Shown here piece by piece: positions 22,806 to 35,669 of a stretch of 64,000 bases of DNA. The DNA is from Octopus bimaculoides. Taxonomy: Eukaryota. The stretch covers positions 88,264,357-88,328,356 of the forward strand of contig NC_068983.1 in NCBI RefSeq assembly GCF_001194135.2, read 5' to 3'. The notes under the pieces were generated by a model, which worked only from the letters and a program-made list of their open reading frames with translations, was not told the DNA's origin and searched no databases. Both the position numbers and the translations under genes were made by a program. How positions within the stretch are numbered: the stretch's first letter is position 1; each line of letters begins with the position of its first letter.

Positions 22806-23864
22806 GCAACAGGAAAACAACTATAACAAATATGGTACATATCTTTTCTCACATGCTCCATCATTTGGAAAACAGTTATGATAGTTTATTGTGCTGATTT
22901 TGTGGTTGCCTGAATAGAGTTGATAAACTATAGAAAAATCTATAATTTATCACGTAATAAGAATATCGCATTGCTGACACACAAAAAAAAAATAATAAAA
23001 CACAAGATTGTAAATCTTTAATATACATGGTAGTATATTATGGTTGCAAAATGAAATACTGTCCTTGCTAGTAATTAATATGGTTCCACGTCGAAAACAT
23101 TGTCTGCTTGTCATTTACATGGTATTTAGGTATTGTTATACTACCCTGCTACAAGAACAGGCATATGTTTTTACATTGGTTTATTATTTGGGTCCATTTA
23201 GTGAGCTGTGGTCATAATGGGGCCCTATCATCTTTACAAAATTCTGTCATAACTTCAGTGCTCCAGAGTATTTGTAATTGCTGCTGAAATTCTGTAATTT
23301 TTTCCCTTAAAATATTGTGTCTAATAACACAGAAGCTTCTTTCACCCTGATATAGCAACCAAACCATTTTTCTACAATTCCCCTTACTGTTTTTTTACTA
23401 TAAGGAAGATAACTTCTATCTAGTCATTCAATCTCCCTCATTAAACTCACTGTTGTGAAAACCTGAATATTTACAATCCTAAATCATTAGACTGCAGTAT
23501 TTCTCACAGTAATCAGATAAGATATTATCTATATTGAGCTACTGAGAGAGTGATGTAACTGCCAATATCTCTCAACAAACTCTGCACCATGTTTCAAATG
23601 CAGACTGCATGTTCTAAATATTAGAACGGCATGTGTCACAAGAATGACAGCAGGAACTACATGTTGCATACCTCCTCATGTCTTTTAACTTCAGATCTTT
23701 AGATTTATCATTCTGAATAGAACATTTTATTCTAACAGCTGAGAATTAGCTACTTTATCATCTGGAAATATTATCTGTGACAGATCAGCATACTATCAAG
23801 AGTAGATGTAGCTCTCATCTATTCAACAACAGGAAAATGGAGGTAAACAAGTGGCTCCTTAAAA

Positions 23865-24083
23865 CCCCTTCAGATGTTTGACCCTTTCATAGCCTAATTT
23901 TTAAAGAGATATATTTGTGTATATAAAATAATTTTGAAAAATAATCAAGAATAGGAAAGGATTTAATAAAATTATGTTTCTCATCATTAAGTTGGTGTTT
24001 TATGTTAGTAGATTTCAACTTCAATATCAACACTTTAGATTCCATTTTGCATGACAGAGCAAGGGTCAGTTGTATCTAAAGGG
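23865..24083. mobile_element. piggyBac-like MITE
   Basis: Ends CCCCTTCAGATGTTTGACCCTT / AAGGGTCAGTTGTATCTAAAGGG followed by TTAA; interior similar to 55568-55812. Confidence 0.7.
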
Positions 24084-24312
24084 TTAAAAACTTATATTGA
24101 CTGTAAAGCTAGAATGACCAGTGTGGGTTTGATACAAACCAACATACTGGACATTTGTTTAAACATCGTTTGCCAGAGTTCTGACTTGGTCTATAGCGTT
24201 CTTTCAACAATTTTTTTGTAATGCTTCGTTGTGTCTGTAGAATTAGTAAATAACAACATCAGTATAGCACTTTAAGATCTAATTATATTTCATATCTAGT
24301 TTGCATTTTATA

Positions 24313-25085
24313 TCATCATCATCATCGTTTAACATCTGTTTTCCATGCTAGCATGGGTTGGACTGTTTCACTGAGGTCTGGAGAGCCAGCGGCTGCACCA
24401 GGCGTCAATCTGATCTGGCAATCTTTCTACAGCTGGATGCCCTTCCTAACGTCAACCACTCTGAGAATGTAGCGGGTGCTTTTTACATGCCACCAGCACA
24501 GGAGTCGGTCAGACAGGCCTGAATAGTGCTTTTTACGTGCCACTGGCACGGGAGCCAGTCAGGGGGTACTGGCATTGGCCACGTTTGGATTGTGCTTTTT
24601 ACATGCCACCGGCATGGGAGCCAGTCAGGTAGATCTGGCATTGACCACATTCAGATGGTGTTTTTAACATGCTACCTGCACGGGAGCCAGTCAGGGGGCA
24701 CTGGCCACAGCTAGAATATTGGTTTTACTTGGCTCAACAGGTCTTCTCAAGCTTATCATATCACATGATGCATCAGAGGTACTCTTAACTGGGCCGGACA
24801 TGCTTGGCTGTGATCTCACTTTAGTTGCTGAGTCTTCTCAATCACAGCATATCTCCAAAGGTCTTGGTCTCCTCTCATTGCCTCTGTGAGGCCCAATGTT
24901 TGAAGGTCATGCTTCACCATCTCATCCTATGTCTTCCTGTCTACCTCTTCCACAGGTTCCTTCCACAGTTAGGAAGTGGGTAACACATGACCATACCAGC
25001 GTAGTCTTGCTCACCACATTTGATGCTTTTTATGCCCAACTTTTCTCTCAGGGTGCTTACACTCTGTTGTACATGCACACTGACA
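24313..25085 (-). mobile_element. RTE family 2, 3' ~770 bp
   Basis: (CAT)n tail, ~60-bp tandem modules at 24480-24710, ORF end LREKLGIKSIKCG..RGRQEDIG-like. Confidence 0.92.
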
Positions 25086-25089
25086 ATAT

Positions 25090-25440
25090 ATATATATAAA
25101 AACAAATAGTAAATGAGTATATGCATATATACGTACAGGTATGCGCATACTGACATCCACCTGTATGTATAGGTGCATATCTGGGTACAGGACATTGCAA
25201 ACAAAACGTAGACGAGAAAACACACAAGCCACATAGAGAACATTCTTCATCAGCTACCCCTGTTTTAACACCGGCGTTTCGAAGAGCTGGGCAGGACGCA
25301 TCGTTAAAACGGCTCTTCCCATGGACCGCAAATTAAATTTGTATACACAAATTAAATCTTGCCATGGAGGAATGTAGTGGCGGACAAAAAGCAAGACAGG
25401 AAAACAAACAGAAAAGGCTTTATGGCCAGACGAGAAAAAT
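25090..25440 (-). mobile_element. Solo PLE-type terminal repeat flanked by (TA)n
   Basis: CpG-rich and rich in dyad symmetry (GAAGAGC/GCTCTTC, GTTTTAAC/GTTAAAAC, near-palindromic ACGCCGGTGT after GAA; CTGATGA downstream). (TA)n at both ends. Confidence 0.55.
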
Positions 25441-25474
<34 letters not shown>

Positions 25475-25475
25475 C

Positions 25476-26380
25476 ACTAGCTGACGTACCTGGTAATTCT
25501 CAGAAAAGTGGGGCTTATCCTTGGTTCTGTTCTCATAATTGTTTCGCTAATCCAATAACAATACAAAGTATGTAGCCCTTAAAATGGTTTTTGTGCATTT
25601 ACAGAGAATACCGAACTGGATCTGGTATTTAGGAATTCCCAATAAGTTATGAATACCCAAATTGTGAAGTCAGTTATGTAAAAACATGAAATTAGTTACC
25701 CGATAGTAAGAATTCAAATAAAGTAGGCCCGGAAAGGGCTTTAATGCATTCCTAGAGTATATAGTACATAGGAGGAAATACCAATAAAGTATGTTTACTA
25801 AAATCGTGAAGCATGTTAATTAGATATGAGATAATAACAATTCGAAGTAAATAACTCTGAAAAGGGCCTTTGTGCATTCCCAGAGAATATTACCCTCAGG
25901 GACGCTAGTGTTGGTATATTCATAAATAAGTCATTACTGAAATAAGTGGATCTTTTGTTTAAGAAAATACTATTTACTTGTTTAAGGGTTGTACTGGATA
26001 AATTGCAAAAATAACTCTAACAGTTCAAATACTAAGAAATAAGCACACTCAATTTCATTTTTATCAAATAATTTAGGAAAATGAATGGGTTATTTCCCTT
26101 AGCTATATATAAGGATCCCTTCCAGGGGCGAATGGATTATTTTCCTTGGTTTTTAAAATAAAATATATTAAATATATATATATATATATAAGGATCCCTT
26201 CCAGGGGCCCTATTATCGGTTTTTTTTTTTTCAGCAATCTGAGTATGCCATGAGGTTTCCAGACATGAGTTCTACTCACGTGTCATGTTTCATCAAAATT
26301 GATAAACAATGTAGGAGGAGTTTGCTAACACACCCACAGATTTCCCACATATGTAGTATATATATATAGATATAGATATA
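25476..26380 (+). mobile_element. Non-autonomous Helentron/HINE (DINE-1-like) element
   Basis: 5' end ACTAGCTGACGTACCTGG after (TA)n; 3' end TTTCATCAAAATTGATAAACAATGTAGGAGGAGTT..ACACACCCACAG..TATAGATATAGAT; three internal subrepeats starting near 25581, 25733 and 25860. Confidence 0.65.
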
Positions 26381-27144
26381 TATACACACATATATGCATA
26401 CATTCATATATACACACACTCATGAAATTTGTTGAGAAAATATGACATTATTGTCTATTAAAAGAAACTGAAGAAATGAAGTTTTATAAATATTCTTATA
26501 CACCAGCAATGTGGTAGGGTCATGATATGCATGCATTGTTATATTTGTTTGTGTTTTAAGTAGCATCAAATTCTTTCATTGTTAAAAGCCTGCTCATGTT
26601 TTAAATGGATATCCTGGTTCTATCACAATTTAATAGTTTCAGTTTCACAGTCTTGGATCAAATTTTACTAGAATATATTTCTAGCAAAATTCATATAACT
26701 ACACCCAATATTTGTTACTTTTTCTTCCTTTGTCTGAAGATTGATAACCATGTATGTGCATATATCTATCTATTTGTCTGTGTGTGTATGTGTTTATACA
26801 CACACACATCCATATTGTTTTCAAAGAATTTTAATATGAGACCATGTGTTGAATCCAAACTAGTTAGTCAGAAATTTCCCATCACACTACTATAACCTTT
26901 CCACTGATTTTAAATTCTCCAATTGATTTTCTATATGTTATCAAGCATGTATGTTGTTGTCATGTTACTGTTTTGTTTTCACTGAGTCTTTTTATTTTCT
27001 TTTGATTTGATTATGTTTCTTCTTGTTGGTACCAACATAAAACCATATGTGTTTGTGTGAGCATATAATTTGTAGGCTGTTTGTTTGTGATTTCTATCTG
27101 TGTGCTTGACTTTAGTTGAGTTTAGTCTTATTTTTATGGCATAT

Positions 27145-27400
27145 ATTGTTTATTTGAAGTAAATGTTAAATATAAAAGATTCATACAAATACAAAGAAAC
27201 ATGAGAGGTGAGAAAGGGAAAGAAAGAAAAGGGGAAAAAAGAAAGAAAAAAGGTGGAGGGGAAGAGGCGATGGGCCACATGTCCTCGAACAAGTGGGGTG
27301 CTCAGCTGTGCCCTGCAGTGATGACTGCTATGGTGTTGCTGCAGAGAATGGCCAGCAACGCTTCTTACTGCACCAGCCATTCCACCTTGCGGGACTCATT
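27145..27400 (-). mobile_element. CRE-like element 3' end (second copy)
   Basis: Reverse complement GCTGGCCATTCTCTGCAGCAACACCATAGCAGTCATCACTGC..GGACATGTGGCCCATCGCCTCTTCCCC matches 20445-20590; pyrimidine tail ends with AATAAA. Confidence 0.85.
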
Positions 27401-27889
27401 TCTCTGGGTCACCGTTATCCCTATTTTATCCTCATTCTTCTGATACTGTAATGGTGACTATTACTTGTAGGGTGTTGTTACTTCTCTCATTCTTTCTACT
27501 GAAGGTATGTGTGACGTCAAAATATGCTTCACTCTTTCTCTGTAACTTGATGTAGTGTTGAATCTTTTGAATATCTGGAAAATGCTTATTTCAACATTGT
27601 TTATTAATTCATTACATTTCTGTATGTAATGTTGGTAGAGCAGGAATATCTGTTTCCTTTCATTACGTTCACACTAGTATTTACTGATTCTTTCACCTAT
27701 GTTGCAAATTGTCTTTCCTATATAGATGGCTGTGTCCATGCAGAACCCTTCCATGTATCTCACATGGTACAGTATGTTCCTAATTTGCAGTTAATTTGTA
27801 GGTTGGTTGTACACATTCTGTAGTTTTTCTTTGTACAGGTATGTAAGACTAATCATTGTTTCTCATAAAAAAAGTTGTTAGTTCCAGTT

Positions 27890-28290
27890 TTTGACCCCCA
27901 AAACAGCAACACTGTTTGAACAGAAGTTAAATGCAGGTGCAGCAGAAGACTTTAAGAGTCAAAAAGACAAGGTTGTTATGTCCCTATTGAATGACATTTT
28001 CAATATCCCTCTTTATGAACTCAGTATGTTTGGAATTAAGTGTTTAATTTGTGTGTGGTTGATTCCTGTGTCTGTGGAAGGTTAATGTGAGGAATACTGT
28101 CATATGCATAAGGTTATTAGAAATGCAGCAAGATGGCCATTAATATTCAGAAGGAAGACTGTAGGAGACATTATCAAATCTTGGGGTACTCCAGAATTGA
28201 TAGTATCTGAGTCAGAGTTGAATCAGCACAAGAAGGTCTCAATCCAAGAAGAGGTGAGTGTAGCTCTCAGCTGGGCCATCAACACAGTTT
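27890..28290 (-). mobile_element. Old LINE RT fragment (CR1/L2/Jockey group)
   Basis: SWIETFL..INSGVPQDLIMSPTVFLLNINGHL..IENVIQ*GHNNLVF resembles SGVPQGSVLSPTLFLLYINDL..W...NLV.FN. Confidence 0.6.
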
Positions 28291-28372
28291 TACTTACTAA
28301 ATTTTAGACATTATTTACTTATTCTCCTTCTGTAGTATTATTTACTAACATGACCTACTTCTATTCTCTCAG

Positions 28373-28407
28373 AAGAAATGTTTGAATCAAGCAAGGCATT
28401 TGACATG
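28373..28407 (+). CDS. 35-nt internal exon of a host gene: (E)EMFESSKAFDM
   Basis: Perfect TACTAAC branch point at 28343-28349, polypyrimidine tract CTTCTATTCTCTCAG, donor ATG|GTAAAC; open with phase 1 in and phase 0 out. Confidence 0.65.
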
Positions 28408-28984
28408 GTAAACCAATGTCATTATTAACTTGTTCACTATTAGCAAAATGCCTATGATGATTATTACTATTTGATATAGATAGATGTTTATATGTAGGAA
28501 TATATATTGATTACAGGCACACTAAGCAGTGATGATTAAAATAAAGCTGTGTACATTTATATTCAAGATATTTAATGTCCACTCAAAAATAGAAAAACAT
28601 TTGTTGCAGTAAATTTCTTTCAATCATTTTTTTCATTTTTCTTTCATATTTTACTATTTTAAAAGTTTTGATCAAAACTTACAAAAGGACAGATTGGTCA
28701 ATGTTTCCTATATATATATTTATATAAGGACAATATATATATATATATATTACATAAGCCAGAAACTAATCTAGAGGACAGTATGTGTTCTAGTGACAAT
28801 GACTGGTTTAACAGGGGGGGGGGGCTAAAAGAAGTACTGATAGAACATGGCTTCGGAAAAAATAATTCTGTGTGACTTAGTTGTTCAACCAGCTTTCAAG
28901 CTGTGATTGTCTCATCTTTTCTGGCATGTTTTGTTCAGAATTAATTTATAACTAATATATAGAAGCTTCCTTGGTGACTCATTA

Positions 28985-29062
28985 TGTCAATGATATTATT
29001 TTGAAGTGACATCAATGTTTTATTTTGATGTGACACCAATTTCATTATTCTGATGTAACAGA
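28985..29062. repeat. Degenerate ~22-bp minisatellite, 3-4 copies
   Basis: TATT(A)TTTGA(A/T)GTGACA(T/C)CAAT repeated. Confidence 0.7.
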
Positions 29063-29244
29063 TTTATATTATTTGTGTACTGTTTGGAAATGAGATCTTA
29101 ATAGAATAGACAGACTATCACTATGTTGGTGGTTATAATCATGTTGACTGATGGATTAAATTAGTTATCTCTTTCTGGTTTTGTTCTTACATATTAGCTT
29201 CTTACAAAAGCCATTTCTTGTTAATGCATACCTTCAGTAATGGT

Positions 29245-29990
29245 AACTCAGTTAAAAAGGTTCTTGCCAGATGATAGATTGGAAACTCTTCTACTTAGGC
29301 TGTATATAAAGTTTCTATTATAACTGAGAGAGTAGTTGCAGTTCTTGTGTATGCATATGGTTTCCTTGTTTGGCTTTCTATAGAGGTGAAGTCTGCCTAT
29401 AATCAAATCTAGTTGGATGTCTGATAAGTTTGTTGTTGTTATATGAGAAACAATGTTCATGTTTAAAGTGAATTTTAAAAATATTCTTGTTAGACTCTTT
29501 CTGAGTCTATCAACATTGTGACTGTTCATGTTGTAGAAAATTGCTAAGCCACCATATCTGTGCTATGGAGGAGTTTGTTTACTGGAGATATCTAGGAAGG
29601 AAACTGTCTTCAGATCTGATATTTCTGCTCAGCAAATAAAGGATCATCTTCCTTTCATCCAATAAGAGTTGTCAAGGTACAACATTGACTTCCTCATATC
29701 TACCTTGCTAATGGTGATATATGTTCCCCAAATGCCTGGGCTTTCAGGGGAGGGGTATTTAAATATAAATGGCTAGAAATCCACCATATCAAATTAGGTG
29801 AATCTGCAAAATGGTTTGTTTTCTATACTTTTAAACCACTTAATTATAGTGGTACTACATTTCCATTGTCCCAATATTAATAGTGTTTCTTATTTTAAGG
29901 TTAATCATTTTGAGAATAGGCTAACTAAAGTCAGTTCTTGTAGGTTTTTAATTAAGCTACATCTGGTGTTGGAGGAAAGTTCATCTTATC
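29245..29990 (-). mobile_element. Penelope-like RT fragment, decayed
   Basis: AEISDL..YGGLAIFYNMNSHNVDRLRKSLTRIF..TTTNLSDIQLDL..YRKPNKETICIHKNCN..SLSRRVSNLSSGKNLFN. Confidence 0.88.
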
Positions 29991-30871
29991 ATCTTTAGGG
30001 GTAATGTAAGGTTTGTGTCTAATAAGACACCTCTGCAGCCTTGTACTTCTAATTTGGAAGCTAACTCTTTTGTTTTTACGTTTTATGATGGTAATGTGAG
30101 TGTGTTTGCATGTGTTCTTTCCCTACTTATTCCAGTTTCTAAAGCTAAGAATTTCAGAATATTAAAAATAAAAAAAGAATATTTTAAATATTGACCCTTA
30201 TAAATTTTAACAAATAGATTTTGAGAAATACACTCATGAATGAATTCCTGAGATCTCTTTTAATTTTCCTATCTTTTTTTTTTCTGAACTGCATCCTTGG
30301 CAGTTGATTCTCATTATTTTACTGTTTGGGCAAAACATCAAGAAATAGCATTTTTACACAAGCAAGATTAAGTGTCTAGTCCTGATTTATACTTCACACC
30401 AACTGTCTTTCTCTCTTCACCTACACCTCGTCTCTCTCTCTCTCTCTCTCCCTCCTTCTCTCTCTCATATGTTAATCCTGTTCACAGCTATTTTAGTCTT
30501 TTACTTCACTTCAGATTTAAGGAAGTTTAGTTAGTTGTCAAAAAAATCATTACTATTATTTTTATTACTGTTGTTGTTATTGTGTCCTTGTGTGACTTAG
30601 TAAAAATAAACCATTGTTATTACTATTCCTGTTGGTGCATTTGTTGCTGTTGTTGTCTACACTATTATCTAGCAGTGCTGCATAACATGCTGGCTTTGCC
30701 AACAGCAACAACACTTATCACCACTAACCTGTACAACAACTGTTGCTGGACTTTACATCAGAATATTTTAGTTACTGTAATTAGTTTATAGATTTTCTTG
30801 GGCTTGCCACTAAACACTACATAGTAGATAAATAACTAAATGATATACATACATACATATANNNNNNNNNN

Positions 30872-31428
30872 CTAGTACTTATTCTATTGGTCTCTTTTGC
30901 TGAACTGCTAAGTTATGGGTATATTAACACAAACATCAGTTGTCAAGCAATGCTGGCGGGGACAAACATAGACACAGACACACATAAATATGTGTGTGTG
31001 TGTGTGTGTGTATACTCTTACTCTTTACTCTTTTACTCTTTTACTTGTTTCAGTCATTTGACTGCGGCCATGCTGGAGCACCGCCTTTAGTCGAGCAAAT
31101 CGACCCCAAGACTTATTCTTTGGAAGCCTAGTACTTATTCTATCGATCTTGTTTGCCGAACCACTAAGTTACGGGGACGTAAACACACCAGCATCGGTTG
31201 TCAAGCGATGTTGGGGGGACAAACACACAAACACATACACACAGACATATATATATATATATATATACGACGGGCTTCTTTCAGTTTCCGTCTACCAAAT
31301 CCACTCACAAGGCTTTGGTCGGCCCGAGGCTATAGTAGAAGACACTTGCCCAAGATGCCACGCAGTGGGACTGAACTCGGGACCATGTGGTTGGTAAGCA
31401 AGCTACTTACCACACAGCCACTCCTACG

Positions 31429-31466
<38 letters not shown>

Positions 31467-31615
31467 GCTTCTTTCTGTTTCTGTCTACCAAATCTACTCA
31501 CAAGGCTTTGGTCGGCTTGAGGCTATAATAAAAGACACTTGCCCAAGATGCCACACAGTGGGAATGAACCCAGATCCATGTGGTTGGGAAGTAAGCTTCT
31601 TACCACACAGCCATG
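30872..31615 (-). mobile_element. Cluster of SINE family A: one complete young copy (31025-31420), an extra tail piece and an extra head
   Basis: Head GGCGTAGGAGTGGCTGTGTGGTAAG..GAGTTCAGTCCCAC (A and B boxes), CTTGGGCAAGTG, internal (TA)/(TG) microsatellite, AAAAGAGT tail; CpGs retained. Confidence 0.92.
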
Positions 31616-31974
31616 AGATTAGTGCATAAAAGTGTTTATTTCTCACACACACACACACGTACATGCACACACATACAATGCAAGTAAAGGGACCCTGCAG
31701 AATAGGAAAACTGTAAGATGTGAAAATAAGTGAAGGCAGAGCTTAGGGTACCAAACCTCACAAAAGATTTGACAAATGACTGCAAGAGTGATGAGGCACT
31801 GAACTCCAGAAGACCTGCCTAATCCACTGAAGTATTGTAAAACAAGCTTTAAAATGATAAAAGATAATAATGGTGGTATGTTCACTCACACACACATATA
31901 TATATGTACAGGAATAAATATATTCATATAGATAGATACACATAAAAAGCTTGCACACACACACACACACACAA

Positions 31975-32130
31975 GAAGGCTATCCAACCTTAGGAAGAGG
32001 CCTAAATGAAATATACAAGCAAAATGTGGTTCTCGACTCATCTAGAAGGTTATTAACTTCATACAAGAACTGGCTCAGATTGTGACCACCCAGCCAACCC
32101 ATGCCAGCATGGAAAGTAGATGTAGAGTGA
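31975..32130 (+). mobile_element. RTE family 2 tail fragment
   Basis: CCAACCCATGCCAGCATGGAAAGTAGATG. Confidence 0.7.
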
Positions 32131-34929
32131 TGTGTGCTTGTATCTGCACACACACACACACACACAANNNNNNNNNNATATATATATATATATATATATA
32201 TATAGGAGAGAGAGAGAGAGAGAGAGAGAGCACTCACACAAAATCAAAATTGTTCACTTATGCAGGCAATCATTATCTGCAAAATGTAGAATGGAACAAT
32301 TTTTATATTGAATACATTTTAAATGTATATATTGTATATCAACATAAATGTATTTTATGATTTGTTACAATTATCTTTACATAATATTTATTAAAAAGTG
32401 TTTGTCAAATGATAATTAAGTTCATTTTTTTTAGAAGAGGCTATTTTGGGCCAAACTTTGCTGCAGGTTTGCTATATTTAGTAAAATTCAGGTAGTCTGG
32501 ACATATAATCGTAGTTGATGGTAGGTACTAAAAGAGAATGACTCTCCCCAGACAATAAAACTAGATGTTTTTTTTTGTTTATTCCGTAGGTCTACTCTGA
32601 CAATAAACATCTGTCATTAAAAATGTTCCAGCTGTAACTATCAGTTATAGTGTATTTGGGACTACATTATCCAGTGAATCTGTCTCTTTTTAACAACAAT
32701 ACTTCTACTAGCCCACTTTCAACTACCACAGCAGTAGTACTCCTTGTTTTTGCTTCATATTCTGCTTCTCACATTGTTTACTAATACATTTTTCCATGGC
32801 ACAACCAACCATATTTGTATATCTTTATTCACTACTACTCTCATTTATCCTACAACTATATCATCACCACATTCACTTCCTACTGCAAACAACCTTTCAA
32901 GAGTAAATCTGTTCCATGTTGATTCCATTATGATCTTTCATACATGGCACTGCTTTCCTTCTTTAATCTAGCAGCACCTTATTTCAACTCTTTCACCTGC
33001 TTCCTTTTCTAACCTTGATACAGTTGGCTTTCCATAACCTCGTATGTCTTCCTACCTCCAATCTTTCCATATGTGGCAAATCCTTCCTATTTCAATCATG
33101 GCACTGCCAAACTTCTGTACATGCTTTTTACCTGTTTAACCATCATACTGTCATTGTTCCCTACAAGATAATCATCTTCTTTCTCTTAACTTTTGCCACA
33201 CTATCAGTAATATTTAATTGATCATCCTGTCACTGATAGTCAATCCAGAGTTTTCTAATGTCAATGTAGGTCAAGCAGTATGGACATTATGGTAGCCGGT
33301 GATTGCTAAATAAAGGTTCTTGTCATTTGTTTAGCTTCAATGCTGCTTTAACTGAGCTATTCAACTGTGACCACCCTACCATTTATTTATTTATTTATTT
33401 ATTTATTTTCAAATGTCACATATCTGATTGTATTATCCAGTATTTTGTTCCTCTTAAGTTTTCCTTAGGTTTGGACAAGCCAGGGCTCAAGAAAATTTAC
33501 TGACCAACTGCGTCCTGATGGTTTTATCACTCTTGGCCCTTGATTGCTTATTCAGCTGGTGCACCTTCTTACATTGCAGTTTTCTAATAATATATATGCA
33601 GAGCATTTCCCAATCTGCCACTTGGAGGACATACCAGATATCAATGGAGCTCTGGAACTGGTTTGTATAAGATAGATGGGTGTGATTTGATGGAAATTTT
33701 TAACAACTGTTTCTACCAGTTTGAGCAACCATATACAGGCATGCTTATTGGCTTCTGAAATAGAAATAAGCAATGTTAGATTGGGTATGGGATGGTAGTG
33801 GATGCTATCTAAAGTAGGGGTTTATGATAGTTGTTAGCAACTAAATTAGGAGTAAGTTATGTTGCTATAGTGGTGTGTGACAGTGGATGGTAACTATATG
33901 GAATTGACAATAATGGGAGGTAACTAAAATGTTAGCATCATTACACTTCAGCTACATTTGCCTGCCAATATGGTAGCTTTCAAGTCTTTTTCTTTAATCC
34001 CTCTTCTCCCTCCTCTTACTCTTTCTCTTTCCATAGAGTATACCTGTTTTACAGACATTAACTGCTGAAGATTCATGATTTTTATTGCAGAAGATACAGT
34101 AATGTTTTTTCCATTGCCTTCTGCCAGTCTATTTACAGTTTATTCTGCTAGTCTTCTATTCTCTAGAGCTTTCCTTTTAGGTACAAAGTCTGTCTATCCT
34201 TTAGGCCAGGGACCTGATTCATCTGACATCAGGATATGTCCACACGCCAGTGGGCTGGTATGACAGATGTCTAGAGACCAGCCCTTCACCAAATCCAGTA
34301 TGCTTTAACCATTGGGCCACCTGCTCTTTTTTCTAATAACTTGGGTCCTTAATAGATATTACTACCTCAAGCCAGAGTTGAACCAGGTGTAGTAGTAACT
34401 AAGGAGAAACTCCATACTTCCCAAATCTCTTAAACTCTCCACCAGATGCAGTTTAACATCTTGCTTAGAACATATTTTAACTTCACTAATTAATAAAACT
34501 TCAGTTTATCATTTTAGTTTTGTTTTCTGATGATGAATAGCAGAATACACTTCCTAGTCTTCTTTATTATCATCATTGGTTGTATCATTATTAATTCAGC
34601 ATTTGTTTTCATATACTACTGTGCTTTGGACAATCCTGCATTCACTCCATGCATTTCTATCTACAATCATCATAAACATACTTAGGTCCAACTTAAAGTA
34701 AGTTGGTCCCATATTTTCTGCTAATAATTTCTTCCACTGTCACCTCACTATCATCACTACAACCATTAATACTGAATTGCGACACCTTTATGTGTTCTCC
34801 ATCTCATCCCTCACCTGCATAGTCATTGTAATATACACATTAGCTAGTGTATTGTCAATATTGTGCAATATGAATGTGGTGAGGGGTAGGTAATCATCAT
34901 CATTATTATTATAGTGGAAAATGGCCTAA

Positions 34930-35400
34930 TCAGGAGAGTCTCAAACGTAATACTTTGTGTTATTCTGATTTCAAATCACTCTGGGGTTGACTTCATATTT
35001 AATCATTTCAGGTCAATAAAATTAGTTTTAGTCAGGAGATCCTGTGGTCAATATTGATAAACTCTCCGCCTAAATTGGTTTTGACTTTGTCTTAAACATT
35101 CCAGAAAGTCAATAAAATAAAGTAATGTTGCTTCAAAATATTGACTGTACCCTTGTGGAATTGTGCCAGGGTTAAAAATTATTAATAAAAGCAATGGATT
35201 GACAGAAAATTGATAGAATTGTAGACTAAATAACTTGGGTTTGCCCCTCCATGTTTTAAATTCAAACCTCTCCAAATTGACTTTATTTTTTATGCCTGGC
35301 TTGATGAAATTAGTATCAATTATCTACTGCCAGCCAATTCTATCAGCATAAACCTCTCCCCTCTGACAAATATGTGGCTTTGATCCAATGTAGAAAAACA
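34930..35400 (+). mobile_element. Two decayed SINE family B copies
   Basis: TTCTGATTTCAAATC..GTTGACTTCATATTTAATCATTTCAGGTCAATAAAATTAG and TTCAAACCTCTCC..TTGATGAAATTAGTATC cores. Confidence 0.6.
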
Positions 35401-35669
35401 TTATTCAGCTAGTAATGGAGAGTGATCAGCTGTAAGATTTCCTTTGCCTATCATTGTTTTTAAAGGGCTGGGCTTTTACTAGTAACAGGAGGCAAGATTT
35501 GAACTCAGGACATATGTCAATACATTACATTGAATTGGTATTTTTATATCACTCTTAAAACTTCACTTAAGCAAGATTTGAACTTGGCATGCAGAAAGCT
35601 GGAACAAATACTGTTGGGCATTCTATCCATTGTTCTAACAATTCTGCCAATTATATCATTATCATCCTC

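Noticed and set aside
24480-24710. Regularly spaced repeats with variable spacers (CRISPR-like appearance)
   Set aside because: These are internal modules of a LINE 3' UTR in a eukaryotic genome; no cas genes, and the spacers are mutually similar.
25230-25330. Hammerhead parts (GAAAC plus palindromic ACGCCGGTGT, CTGATGA) on the minus strand
   Set aside because: The elements are in an order that gives no helix I in any topology I could draw; not called as a ribozyme.
28150-28260. Perfect donor GAG|GTGAGT upstream of exon 28373
   Set aside because: It lies in an antisense LINE remnant; the only open frame ends in phase 0, incompatible with the phase 1 acceptor.
34205-34257. CCTTTAG|GCCAGG..GGGCTG|GTATGA as a linking exon
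   Set aside because: Its 53-nt length exits in phase 2, which does not bridge to the phase 1 terminal exon, and it borders repeat-derived sequence.
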